Origin: Lama guanicoe
Taxonomy: Eukaryota
Assembly (NCBI GenBank): GCA_013239625.1
Contig: MU054049.1
Span: 693,015 to 757,014, forward strand
Direction of reading: 5' to 3'
Length of the DNA stretch: 64,000 nt
Shown: positions 38,601 through 51,499 of the stretch, piece after piece
Numbering within the stretch: position 1 is the first letter of the stretch
How the letters are laid out: every line of letters starts with the position of its first letter
Notes under the pieces: model-generated
Told to the model about the DNA's origin: nothing
Database searches by the model: none
Seen by the model: only the letters and a program-made list of their open reading frames with translations
Position numbers and translations under genes: made by a program

Positions 38601-39250
38601 TCTAACAATGCTTCACTAATAAATTCTACCAATCATTTAAAGAATTAGTATCAGACAGGTGAATTTTACAAACATTTAAAATATAATATCAATTATTCAC
38701 AAATTCTTCCAAAAAGTAGAAGAGAAGGGAATGGTTCCCAGTGGTTCCCAGCCAGTATTCCTCTGCTAACAAAAACAAAGACATTGCAAAGAAACTACAG
38801 GCCAACATCCCTTATGAATACAGACAAAATATTAGTAAGTCCTCAACAAAATACTAGTAAAATGCAATCCAAATGCTTATCATTTGATGAATGGACAAAC
38901 AAAATGTGACATATTCATACCATGGACTATACACAGCCATAAAAAGGAACGAAGTAGTGGTAACACGCTACAACGTGGATGAACCTTGAGAACATTATGC
39001 TAAGTTGCTAAAAGACCATATATTGTACAAAGTATGCAGTTTCGGGCTGCAGGTCAAGGCGGGTAGGGTTGTCTCAGGAATAGGAAGTGACTACTAAGGG
39101 CATCAAGTTTCTCTTTGGGGTAATAAACACGTCCTAAGATGAGATTATGGTGATGGTTGCATAACTCTAAATATATTAAAAACTATGCTGCTGCAAAATC
39201 TACATGGATGGAGTCTATGATATGTGAAATACATCTCAAAAAAAAAAAAC
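35210..39250 (+). mobile_element. Old L1M element: 5' region, ORF1, ORF2 endonuclease, internal deletion, 3' end
   Basis: ORF 37736-38014 (YRTSHPARVEYTLFTSAHGMFSSIDHKL) resembles the L1 endonuclease; ORF1-like 35940-36830; L1 3' end from ~38870; poly(A) at ~39238-39249. Confidence 0.85.
35579..35610. repeat. (CA)n microsatellite
   Basis: About 15 CA units. Confidence 0.95.
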
Positions 39251-40399
39251 CGTTTAAAAGAGTCTGGTGATGGGCGTTTAGGGGCAGAGCCCAGCAGAAG
39301 GTGTAATTCTGGATGTGTATTAGCTATAAAGCTGAGGCAGGTAGGTTAAAGGGAACTATTGGAATTCACTTCACTTGGATGCACCCCACTGGGGCCCAGG
39401 CTTCCTGAAGGAGCATCCCCTTATTGTGCAAGGACCTGCAGACTAAGAAGATGAGAAAACACACATCAGGCAATTTCCTTGCCCTCTCCCTCCGGGAGTT
39501 CAGGACTCCTCGGCTCTCTGGGAGGCTTGCTGTCCTAAAGGCCAAGGTCAGGGACTTCAGGCTCCCCCAGGACTGGCTCCTCTTTGGTGCGGACCGTGGC
39601 TATGTGCTGCTTAAACAGACCTGCTCAGAAACTTGGTCCGCTGACCTCTCCTCACAGTGTCACACCCTCCCCCAGATGAGTGCTGGCTGAGCCCCTCTCT
39701 GAGCAGGTGGGAAAAGGCATTTGGCCTCCAGATGCCCCGTGGCTAGGGGCACATAGCAGTTCTGAGTTTCCTCAAAAACCTGTCTAAGGTTCAAGCTGAC
39801 AGGGATCTTGGAGACCAACCAGTCTTGCCTGCTTCCCTCTTCACAGATGAGGAGAGGAAACTGAGGCTCTGAGTGGTAACCCAGCCAGAAAGGAGCAGTG
39901 TTAGGACGAACACCTGGCCTCCGCCAACCCTGGAGGTCGGCATAGCTGTCCCCATTTATAACTGGGGGTGCAGAGGCTCAGAGAGGGGTCCCCTGGCTAG
40001 CAAATGAAACCAAATCCTCTTCCTGAGGCTGGTTCCCATTTTTGCAAAACCCAGAGGACTTCTGCCCCAGGGCATGAGAATGGGGAAGAGGTAAACAAAA
40101 AGGGACACTTCCCAGAAACCAAGTGTGACCCCTGCAAACCCTGATCTATGGAGACCTCAGGGCTCGGGGCCCCAAACACAATCCCTGGAGCAAGAGGCTC
40201 CAACATTCTGACACATCCTTCCAGCCACATCACTGTCTTTGAGGTCGAGTCAGACCTAAGTGCTCCCACGCCGCCTGGCTTCTGCCAGCCTTCCCAGTGG
40301 ACAGCAAGAGACAGAGCCTGCCCTGCCTTCAGGGAGCTTCTGGCTCAACGTGGCAAGGGGACAGATTTTCTGAACTGACACTCTGTTGTGATGGGTGTA

Positions 40400-40950
40400 A
40401 GGGAAAAGTACAGGACGGCAAGTGAGCAAGTAACCGGGGTCAGGGAAGGCCCCTCAGGAAAGACAAATGCTTAGGGCCAAACATTGGGGTCCGCAGGTCA
40501 AGAGCAGGGGAAGGTGACTTCAGATAGACAGAAGAGCATGGGTGATGCCAGAGTGGGGAGAGGTCTCGGGACACTGAGGGAAGTGAAAGCAGGCCAGCTG
40601 TGAGCGGATGCTGGTGAGTGCAGGGGTGCTGGTGACCATACCGGCCTCCTGTGAACGGCGCTAAGAGTTCACTGTGGACGCCGCTGGAGGCCCTGAGGAT
40701 TTCCGAGCAAGGAGTGATGGGACCTTGGCAGAGTCACTGGCTGCAGGTGGAGGATGCACTGGATCGGGGGAGGGTCTAAGAGGACAGAGCCATCGGGAGG
40801 CCACTGCAGTGGCAGGCGGGGGGCTGGGACCTGGGAGCTGGCATGGATGGAGGCAAGCAGAGGGATTCAGGTGCATTTTGGAAATGGAACTGGGGGGACC
40901 TGGCAACGGCGAATCACAGAAGGATGAAATTGAGAGTTCCGATTTAGCTT
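40400..40950 (-). mobile_element. Degraded L2 (antisense)
   Basis: GGGGTCAGGGAAGGCCCCTC...GGATTCAGGTGCATTTTGGAAATGGAAC antisense L2 motifs. Confidence 0.5.
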
Positions 40951-43900
40951 GATTAACTTTGGCTGCTCTAGTCCAACGGAGGTGTCAAGCGGGTCTGGTG
41001 CTTAGGGCGAGGCCTGGCCTGGGGAAATCACTGTGACTAAAGGAGCTGCCAGCAAGAGGGCTGAGCAGTGGGGGCAGAAGTGAGCCGAAGGAGCATGTGC
41101 TTGTGCAGGTCCCTGGGGGCAGCGGCAGAGAAGGAGCAGCTGGGGAGCCGAGGCCCTGTGGAAAGCCCTGCCTTATTTTCTCTGTGGGTTGACTGCTCCT
41201 CCTATGAGACCCAGCTCAGGCACCCACTGCTCTGGGCATCCCCTGAGCCAAGCCCTTCTAGAGCCTCCAGGCTCATCACTCCCTGTCTGTCTTCTCAGCT
41301 TGCAGCTTGGCCGACTGTTTCCGGGGCCTCTACTTGGCCAGGCTGCGGGCACACTGGGGGCAAACACTGCACCCTCCCTGACTCTTTGTCCTCATGCCCA
41401 GCCCGAGGCCTGGCGTGGAGTGGCCAGCGAATGATTGTTAAATGGACAGCCCAAAGCCTGGATGGTGGCTGCCTATTAGCAATCTTGGAAGATTTTGTGA
41501 AAAACGGAATTTTCTCAAGAAAGTGGGCTCAGAGGCTGTATCAACTGTTTACACAGGAGAACCAGACCTCTCACCCCTGACTCTGGGATGGCCAAGTGAG
41601 GGGCACCTCTCTGCCCAGCAGCAGTGTTCCTGCCCGGCCCACTGGCCTCTGCACCCTGGCTACCAGGCACCCCGACCAGCCCTTCGCCCATCAGGAAAGG
41701 GACAAGGAGTCTGGGTCCAGTGCCTCATGCTGTCACTCAAAGTGATACACCCAGTGGGGCTGGACTCTCCCAAGTGGGCTGCCCTGGGATTCCCCGGGTG
41801 CCAGGAGCCACGAGCAGGTGAAGGTGAGCGCAACTTTCCCCCTGCCCTCTTGCCAGATTCTCTTTGGAGTGTCGTGCCAGACCACAGGGGTGACAATATG
41901 ACCGCCAGTTACAGGAGACAGACCCTCCCCAACCAGGCACCGGAGAGAATGAAATGAACCGAGGGCAGCAGGCCAGGGTCTCAGAGATGGCTCCAGGCGT
42001 GGGCCACCTTCCCGGGGCTTGGCCCCTTCTCAGGCCCAACTGAAGGCACCGTGAGAGGGTGTGGTGTGTGCAGGGGCCAGAGAGGCCCAGGCGGGGTGGA
42101 GGGGGGAGGTCAGGAGGGGGTGCTGGAGACGGTGTCAGGTAACGCCAGCAAGGTTAAGAAGCTGGGCCTTCATCTGCAGGCCCTGTGGGGCCAAGATGGG
42201 GTTTGAGAGGGACACAGGGTGACAGGAGCCACGCATGGGATGCTGGCCTGGGCTGTGGGCTAGAAGCAGCAGGGATGAACTTGGGATGACTGGTCAGGAA
42301 AGCCAGCGCAGTCAAGAGGATGAGGGTCTCCACAGGGATTGCAGTGACCTTAGGGGCAGGGATGGGGACACTGCCCTAGGCAGGATCTCAGGAGCTGTCA
42401 GCCTTTGGTTATGGGGAATGAAGCACGGGGCAGAGCTGAGAGCCTGGAAGCTGGGAGAAGGGACGGGAGGGAGTGCTGGACTCCAGCTGGAGTTCTGGAT
42501 TTGCAGGCTGGAGGGGGGCACTGCAGAGGTGGGAGGCAGAGGATTTGGGGGCTGTTTCCTTAGAGGTGATCACAATAATGCCCAGGGAGGCAGGCAGGGC
42601 TGGGCAGGGGCTGTCGCGGGGGAGGAAGGTGGGCGGCTCTCAGGTGCTCAGAGCACCGGGATGGTTCACCAGGTCCAGCACCGGCACGGGTGTCAGGGAC
42701 AAGGGTAGGAGGAGCAGAAGGGGGATGCAGGGACCAGCAGACTGCTCCTGGGGGCTGATGATGGAGGGAAGGAGACGTGGGCTACGCTTGTGGCATGTAC
42801 AAGGGTAAGAGATGGGTTTAAAAAAAATGTTCTGATGAATGACTGAGGCAGGTTTGTGGGCTGAGAGAAGGAGCCAGTGGAAGGGAGGGTGAGGGTGCTG
42901 GGGCCAGTCAGGACATGACAGGGGACAAGATCCCGGAAGACAGGAGGGCTCCCAGTGCTGAGACCAACCGGAAGCATGAGGGGCAAAGAGTGGCAGCAGG
43001 GGGCCAGTGCACCTCAGAGGTCTCAGGGACCCTCAATCTGCCCTTGCCCCCTCCCTGGCCTAGAACAAAAGCTGCCTTGGTGCTGCCCTCCTGTACGACT
43101 TCTTCCTCCAAGTCTCAGCCTTGGGCCACGATGCAAAGTTGAAGCAAATGAAATCTGCCACTGAACAGACCCACCACAGAGCTCAACATAGCAGAAGCAC
43201 CTGGAAACATCTCCCAGAAACAACGAAATCAGACAGTGTCCTCAGAGTTCAGAGCAAGTCCGCGAGGGTGTAATCCTTCTCTGCACATCAGAGCCCCCTC
43301 GCTGACCTTTTGACTTCTGCAGAAGCCCCCGGGACCCAGGATGGCTCCATTTGTAACAATCTGTCTCGCATATAATAGTAAATGTGATTAATATCACAGC
43401 ATATCACGCCCCACAACGCACCTGGAGCAATCCCTCCCCAGGTCCAGGCTGCCCACCTGCAGCTCCACCACTAGCAGGAGAGCAAGTGTCCCCTGGAGAG
43501 AGAGCCAGGCTTTGGATTTTAAAGTCATGTTGATTAGATCCCCTATGGTGACTCCAGCACGTGCTGTAGTTTTGCTGCTTTCTTCATGGGGTTTATTGTT
43601 TGAGTTTGCCTGCTTTATCAAGTACACTTTTACCCAGGGATGACATGATCAACTACCCTGTCGTAAAAATTTTGATTCAGAAATATCCAAGAATGAAGTC
43701 AAGAACAACAGCTGTTGTCTTGGGAAAAGTTATACCAATGACTAATGAACTCTCTTTTGATCTTAAATTAAAAAAACACATTTTTCTAAACTGGAAAGTC
43801 AGAAAGCTTCTTCACAGGTACCTTGTAATAGCTAAACACACACCACACACCACACACCACACACCCCAAACTTTATTGCTGCATCACTGCTATGACAACT

Positions 43901-46196
43901 GGGTCACAGTCCAAAGCAGCATTTCTCAAAGTGTGTTCAAAGATGTGCTTGCTGGAAGATGCTCGATGAAAGGCGAGTTGCCAGGGACTGTATCTACCGT
44001 CCACCTGATTTGGAGTTGCACCGATGTGTTGGAAGCTCTGAGAAGTCTTGCAGTGAAAAACTTTCCAAACTTCGATAACTCATCATTTCTAAGTTTATGA
44101 CCAAGGGAAACGTGCCCCCTGCTTGTAGCAGTACCAATTTGGAACAATGGTCCAAACTGTCTCCTGCCTAGCCAGACTGGCCACATGGCTTCAGATGTGT
44201 TAAATGAGGCGACGACATTTAAACATTTGAAGATTTTACATCAAAAACTAAATGTCTGCCTTCCTTGAACTGCAGACCAACCTTCCTGCCTGCCAGTGGC
44301 TGGCTGCCCGCTCTGGACAGGGCAGGCTTACTCTGACACCACAATGCTCCCCAGCCCCTCCTGCTCCAGGCTTGATCAGCTCTGCTAATCTACATGGGCT
44401 TTGGGAATTTGTGGGCCCTTCAGACTGGGTCCCTGTTCACAGGCTGCTGTGGCCAGCTGTGCCTTAGGATGCGTGGCAGGATGGGGGGCAAACTGGGAAA
44501 AATTCCTACACCAGGCCTGGTCATTACCTGGATCGGTATAGCCTGGGGTCCCCAGCCTGGCAGGCGATGACCCCGCCTCCCTTCCAGGCCTGTCAGTTGA
44601 GTCCTCCCTAATCAAGGCCTTGCAAATCCACCCTTACTTCTGGGACTCTGGCTCCAACTCCCTGCAGGGTTTACTGAGAAATGGTCAGGAAAGATGAAAG
44701 CTGCAGCCAGCCCCCAAGTGAAATCCTTCCTGCTCTGCTCTGGGCTCTGGGCTGCCCTCGGCCAGGATGCAGCTGGACCCTACCCTCTGAATCTTATTGT
44801 AGCCCTGGCCACTGTGACAGCCAAGACATGCTGGCCCTCGGTCTCCTCCCTCCAAACATGAAGCCCCACATGCAAAATTCTTTTTTAAATCCAAGCTAGG
44901 AAAACTGTTGCTCTGGAGTAATGAAAACCATGTAACTATTCATATTTGGTTTTAGCTGCAAAAAGACTCAACCATAAACACTATCTTACAGTCAGACTAA
45001 CTCAGTTCTCTTTGCTCTATACGACCTGTTTAAACGTAGGATCCAATTTAGTTGTGTTATGTTTATTACACATGTTATAAGCTACCTCAAACCCTTTGCG
45101 AAACTAACCTGTGTATTTGTGCCATCCTTAACGTCACCTGGACAAGAATCCTTCAAGCTGTTTGACACATTTACACCTTTATCAGACCTTTCCAGGATAT
45201 ACTTTTCAAGGAGCCGGAGCCTGGCGCCCATCCTGGTAAAGCCTGGCTGACCATTCGGTTTACAGGCAAGGCTTCCCAGACGCACGTTGTCATAACAGTC
45301 CCTAGTGAAGTCCTTAAACACACAACCTCACAGGCTCTTCCCCAGAGCCTAGCCAGAAAGGTCAGGGTGGGGCCCGGGAATCTGCATGTTTAACAAGAAG
45401 TGGGTGCAGGGCACGTGGGTTTTAGGTTCCGGCGAGTTTAGGGAGCGCTGCAGTAAAGGGTTGTATCACTATGTTTCTGACAATCAACAGGGATCGTTTC
45501 AGGCAGTTAAGGGTTAAACTGGAAGGGCCACGGCCCAAAGGAGGCCGGACCTCAGGCTGCCGCCAACGGCTTCAGCGCGTTTCTCGGCTCGGAGCCCTCT
45601 CCAAGCCCGCCGCATTCCACAAGCAGCTCCCCTTGAGGTTCTGCCACGACTTTTGGAAAACTCTGAGTCGGGGCCCCTGGGTCCAAGTTAGTGACAGAGG
45701 CAGGCGAAGAGAATGAATGGCCCCGCTCCGAGGCGGTTAAGCCGCAGAGGCGGCGCCGGGCGCAGGCCAGGCTCCCTCTGCAGAGGACCTGCGGGCGGGG
45801 CCGGGCGCCGGGGTCTCCGCCGCCCCAACCTTGGACTTGGTGGACCCGCGGCCAGCACTCCCCGTCCGCTCCGGGCCCCGGAGGGCGGGCGCTCCCCTCC
45901 GTTCGGCTCCCCTCCCACCCCGGAGCCGGACCCTAACCCCCATCCGGGCTCCGCGGAGCAAGAGGAGCCCCTGGACGCGCGCGCTGCAAAGTTCGGAGAC
46001 TCTGGGGGAGTTGTAGCCACATCTGAGCCCTTTCCAAGGCGGGGGCAGATGTCGGGTGGCCCAGGGGAACCGGCGACCAGTCCCCGATGCGGGGCTGGCA
46101 GCCCCCAGTGGCGGCTGGAGGGAGCCGGCGGGACGCGCGCCGCGCGGGAGCGCAGAGGTCCCGAGCCTGCGGCGCACGTGCGCGCCCGAGAGTTAC

Positions 46197-46248
46197 CTTT
46201 GGGCGCTCGCAGGTGTCCCCTCCAGTCTTTGCAGCAGCACAGCCCCAT
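46197..46248 (-). CDS. ARHGAP22: ARHGAP22 candidate alternative first coding exon: MGLCCCKDWRGHLRAPK(G)
   Basis: Strong Kozak GCCATGG (ATG 46248-46246) inside a CpG island, 52 nt open, donor AAG|GTAACT (46196-46191), phase 1, in frame with exon at 14191. Confidence 0.72.
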
Positions 46249-46615
46249 GGCAGCGGCCCGCGCCCGCCGCTCGCCTCCAATGCCTGACACACCGCCTGCT
46301 GCCCGTGCCCCCGGAGCGGCGCGGCCAAGGTCTGGCCTCCGGGCAGTGCCCAGCCTGGCGCGGGGCTGCGCGCGTGGCCACCGGCCCGGCCGGTCCCTTC
46401 CCCTCACTCTCCGTCCGGGTCCCGCGCCTCGGGCATCCCGGCCTCCGGGCAGACCCTGCTAATCAATAGGAGAACGCGCAGATCGCGCCGGCCGCGCCGC
46501 CAGCCCGCTTTTATCTCCGCGCGCCGGGGCGGCCCCGCGCCGGCTCCCTGCCCTCGCGGGCGCCCTCCCCGCGGCCCGTTACTCTCCTGGGGCGCCGAGC
46601 TGCGCGCTCGCGACG

Positions 46616-46633
46616 GGCCGCCAGGGGGCGCTG
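46616..46633 (+). promoter_or_regulatory. CTCF binding motif
   Basis: GGCCGCCAGGGGGCGCTG, essentially the CTCF core consensus. Confidence 0.75.
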
Positions 46634-48282
46634 TGCGAGAGGGCGCGGTCTGCGGCTCCCTCCCCTGCCCGCAGGGAGCTGGCTAAGTATGCCGGGCGTT
46701 GATACCAACCCACCGCAGACCAGAAGGAAAGGTCCCCTCGTGGTGCAAGTGCGGCGGCGCCCCTCCCCCAGCATCCTCTAAATAGTTACCTCTTGGGTGA
46801 CTTGGGGAGCGTCTACCAGGGCCACTCTGCTTTCAGTTTCCCAGCTCACCTGCACTCTACAACTGTGAGTTGCCCAGGCTACCCCCAAACCTGGCTGGGC
46901 TACCTATGGACTGTGTGACTTGGGGTAACCCTTCCTCCCTGAGACAACTCTCCTGAAATGTGCGGGAAAGGCCGCTTCAGATGTCATTTAGCACAAATTA
47001 AAGGTTTGATGGTATCAAGTTATTCAAACACTTCGTGCTCAGTTTCCTCATCTATCAGATGGAAAGACTAATAGAACAGCTTCATTGGATCTTTGTGGGG
47101 ATTAAATGAATACATATATATGATTTAGGACACAACTGGCATGTTGCTAAGTGCTTTGTAAGTGTGAACCATCATCATTATCAACTGTTGGTGAGGATTT
47201 GGGCAAATGGACACTTTTGCCAGAAGAGTTTGTTTTGGTGCAATCACTTTGGAAGCTAATGTTCATTTGCTCTGCTTATTAAAACAAAAAAATGCTAATA
47301 CCCTGGGACCAAGCAATTTCATTTCTCAGCATGCACTCAGCCCCAACCCCTAGGAAAACCTCTACTAGGCTTTTCATTGCAGCCTTGTTTGTAACTGCAA
47401 AAATTGAAACCAACAGGATGATCAGCAGTCAAGGGGTCATCAAATACACTGGCATTTTCATAAAACGAAATACTGTATCAAAGGAGGGAGATGCAGCTGA
47501 ATGTTTAAGATCTGTGGATTCATAGCACTGATGTAAAGCACACACCCTAAGAATTATTACTATACTATGTAATACCCACTCTATGCTGGGTACTGCTCTA
47601 GGCACTGGGTCTAGAAAAACACTCGGGAAGAAAAAACAGCAAATCTAGAGTGGTTCCCTCTAGGGAGACGGTGAGTGACAAGAGTGGATTGAAAGTGGGT
47701 GTCGAGGGAATTTAGCGTTCTTATAGTGGTCTAATTTCTTTAAAGGAAGGTATATTTACATGTTATTGTGTAATTAATCTAATGAGAGAAATTATTTCAA
47801 CTATCTGGCAGAGTAGGCTTCTTAATACTAGATTCTCTCTCACCCCTCCAGCTCCTAGGGTCTGTTCCTTCCCCTGAAACGGGGCTGTGGTCAACCTCTG
47901 ATGGCCTTGGCTGGGCTGGCATTTTCTCCTTCCCTTCCAACCCCCATCCCATCTTGAGAACACAGAGGCAGTCGGGAAGAAGAGCAGAGGCGAGGCCAGG
48001 CCAGAGGCAGAGGCTGCCAGCGGCATGGAGAAGAGTTAATGGTGGGGGTGCGGGAGGCAGGGAAAGAGAGGAAAGAATAACTTGGAACAGGGAAGAGGTT
48101 TTCCCAGGAGTTAAGTCTCATTCAAAGAGGAGATTAACACCAGTGGGACAGATTTCTGCCTCCCTCTAACTGTCCAGAAAGACCAGGATGAGGCTTCTTC
48201 AGGGAGAGAGGAGGCTTGTCCTGCACCCGATCCAGCAAGAAAGATATTTTCATTTCATGACATGTAGGCGGGGGTTACAAAA

Positions 48283-48422
48283 NNNNNNNNNNNNNNNNNN
48301 NNNNNNNNNNNNNNNNNNNNNNNNNNNNNNNNNNNNNNNNNNNNNNNNNNNNNNNNNNNNNNNNNNNNNNNNNNNNNNNNNNNNNNNNNNNNNNNNNNNN
48401 NNNNNNNNNNNNNNNNNNNNNN
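48283..48422. other. Assembly gap
   Basis: N run. Confidence 1.
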
Positions 48423-48970
48423 ATTCAGGGAGAGCATGTGCGGGGAGCGAGCCCCCGGGTGATTGTCCAACGGCCAAGTCCTACATTTGGAAAGCAAGAT
48501 TTAAAAGAAAACATCACAGCGGCCATTGTGGGCTGCTTGTTTATCTTTCTAAGACGAAGTAGCAAAGCAGGATCATTTCAAACGAGCCTATTACAGAGGG
48601 TCAGTATCCCCACTGAACCATTCAAATACATTTTGGGATACTCAACTTTTCAAAGGGGCTTTAAATATCAACTCCCAGGGAAGTTTACAAGACAAAACAC
48701 AAGGCAAGAGCTTATGGTATTATTGTCCTTGGTTTCACACACTTTAATTCCTGATTTTACATCGTTTTCTGGTTGTGTGTCTATTCCCTAGTAGGGAAGG
48801 AAAATAACAGTCACTATGTGTTTCCCATCATGTGCCAGGCAACTCACAAGTCCTATTATCTCAATTAACCACAGGACAACCCTATGAGGCAGATGTCGTT
48901 AAATTCAATTTACAGAGTAAGAAACTAAAGTTCAGAGAGGTGAAGAGACTTGCCCAAGACCAATGAAATG

Positions 48971-49136
48971 NNNNNNNNNNNNNNNNNNNNNNNNNNNNNN
49001 NNNNNNNNNNNNNNNNNNNNNNNNNNNNNNNNNNNNNNNNNNNNNNNNNNNNNNNNNNNNNNNNNNNNNNNNNNNNNNNNNNNNNNNNNNNNNNNNNNNN
49101 NNNNNNNNNNNNNNNNNNNNNNNNNNNNNNNNNNNN
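48971..49136. other. Assembly gap
   Basis: N run. Confidence 1.
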
Positions 49137-49439
49137 GTGTAGAGTCATGGGCTGCAACTGGAAAAGCACACACTGAGCATGGAATTTGCCTGAAAACTCA
49201 AAGTCCCTGAACTCATCATGACCCCACATCATCTTGAATTGAGCCAAAACATAAAGATCACTTGGTGCTGCAAGGCTCCAGCTGAGCTCAAGCCACCAAT
49301 TCCAGAAAACTGACCAGAGAGATGGGGACCTCTGAGCATCCCATGCACCATGGGAAAGCAGAACCAGAACCAGGGGGTGGGTATCCAGGGAGTGCAATGG
49401 GCTCTGAGAGAATAGCTGGATGTCAGCTTTGGAGGACAG

Positions 49440-49865
49440 AGGCTCCGGTGGGGCTGAGGCCACCCCCAGACACCCAGAGCTCCACACCCTATGTGGTCCT
49501 GTGCCCTTGAATCTGGGCTGCCCTGTGACTTGCTTTAACCTACAGAAGGTGACAGAAGTGAAGTGACTCTGGACCAGTCCTGGGCCTAAATCCTCAGGCG
49601 CATGGTAGCTTCTCCTGTTGTCTTCTAGGGAAAGCCATCTCCTTGTAAGCAGTAGGACCACTCAAAGACCGCCATGCTCCCGGAAGCCCAGCCCAGCCAT
49701 GTGGAGAACTGAGGCCAGGGCCAGCGTGTGAGTGTGGTGGTCCTCCAGCTGATGGCAAGTAGAGCAGAGACAGTTGTCCCTACCAAGCCCTGCCCCCGCT
49801 GCAGAGCAGAGGGCTACATGTTGAAGTCACTAAGCTTTGGGGTACTTTGTTAGGCACTAACACAT
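49440..49865 (+). mobile_element. MLT1 (H/I-like) LTR fragment
   Basis: CCCTTGAATCTGGGCTGCCCTGTGACTTGCTTT...AAGTCACTAAGCTTTGGGGT. Confidence 0.6.
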
Positions 49866-51499
49866 CTGAAATGGGGGTCGTATATAACACCAGTAGCTAA
49901 CGCTGCCTGCCCTGGTGGCGAGCCAGGCTACGAGAATGACCTTCCATTCAGAATCAGAGCAGGCCTATGTGTTCGGTACCATCATTATTTCCACTTTAAA
50001 GAGGAGAACACTGAGGCACAGAAAGGTGAAGAAATTTACACAAGTAATTCACACAGCTGGTGAGCTTGGGTTAGAACACAGTCTGTCTTGCTTCAGAGCC
50101 TACGCTCTTAACTCTATGGTAGATATTTTGGTGGGAGAAGGGACAGCACTTGGTGATGGATTCGTGCCCCATGGATCTAAGGCATGTCCGTGGGTGAGAC
50201 CTGCGGTAAAACAGACAAATCCTGGGGAGCGCTAGACGGCGTCCAGCAGGATGACCACGTAAGGATCACTGCTTTACTGCTTTTCAGAGTAACATCTGTT
50301 CCCTGGCAGCCCTGACACCTGGTAGAGAGGGCTTCTTGAAGATAAAAGCACTTTGTAGACCACTTATTGCAAAGCTACCCCATCCTGGTGCTGGTACCTG
50401 ACAGGCATTATGTCATTTAATTTTCACAGCAGCCCCATGATGGTGATAGGTCATCACGCTCATTTTACAGGTGAGAATATGGACACCTGCCCAGGTTGTG
50501 TGAGCTCTCAAAGTCACAGAGCTGATAGGTGGGAGAGCCTGTCCTTGCATCCAGGCAGTCTGACCACCATAGATCTCCTTCTTAATGACCTGTCCCCTGC
50601 CTCCTGCCTCCTGCCTCTTAGAGGTGAAGGTCTCCATCTGGTCCTGCTTCCCCCTCTCTCATCCTCTCCTCTCATCATAGTTCTGATCTGTGTTAGAAGT
50701 TTGGCCAAAATCCAGTGTGCACACGCCATACGTACAACACTCACAGACATTCTGGAATTGGAAGGGACTTTACATTTTAATACATCCTTATTTTTCCTGG
50801 GAAATCTGAGGTCTAGAGAGGCTAGAGCTACTCCACGTCAGTCACTTCTTAAGGACCTACTATGTGCCGGGCACTGAAGTTGTTAGTGACGAGTTGGGGC
50901 TACCCCAAGTCAACTTCAGTTTTTGCTTTGAAACAGAGAAATGAGAAGCAGAATAGAGGCCTCTCCCACCATCTCTCAAGATATGTTTTGTGCATTTTTG
51001 CCACAGTGCATGGAAGCCAACTGATTTGAATGTAGCTAGTCAGTTAAACATCGTTTAACTCATCGTTCTGGGTTTTTTTTTTTTTTTAATGAAGTATGTG
51101 ACTCTGGGAAAGGTAGAGTCTGTCTGAAGTAAGCCCACACTGCTTTGTGCTAGAAACAGCTGTGGATCCCATATGGACTGGTATATGTTTTCCTTTCTCT
51201 TAATGAGACTTAAGTCTCATTTTTCTTTTTCCCTTGGCTACCAGGAAACTCAGAGAAATTTCAATTTGTCTCTGGCAAGTATGAAGGCCTTAAAGTGGCC
51301 TTCACATTTCTGTTTTTGTTTCCTGATTTTGCTTTTCTATTTTTATTTGCATTTTCTTGGTTCCTTAATATTTAAAATTTTTACTATTGGGTTACCGTCA
51401 TTTCATTCTACGTGTTCTCATTACAAGTCATTTCAAATCCTTTGTGGATTAACACAGTGGTATAAGTTAATAAGTAAATGTAATACCTCCTATTTTAAA

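Larger units (their letters stand above)
45540..46780. promoter_or_regulatory. CpG island / internal promoter of the MGLCCC first exon
   Basis: Very GC- and CpG-rich, GC boxes, GATAAAA TATA-like element on the minus strand (~46515-46509), CTCF motif. Confidence 0.85.

Noticed and set aside
45688-46470. Several 130-250-aa ORFs in the CpG island (and similar ones at 2470-3290)
   Set aside because: Arg/Pro/Gly/Ala-rich products of stop-poor GC sequence; only the 52-nt segment with Kozak and donor is supported.
48882-49661. 259-aa ORF (and other X-containing ORFs)
   Set aside because: Length is an artefact of reading through N gaps.
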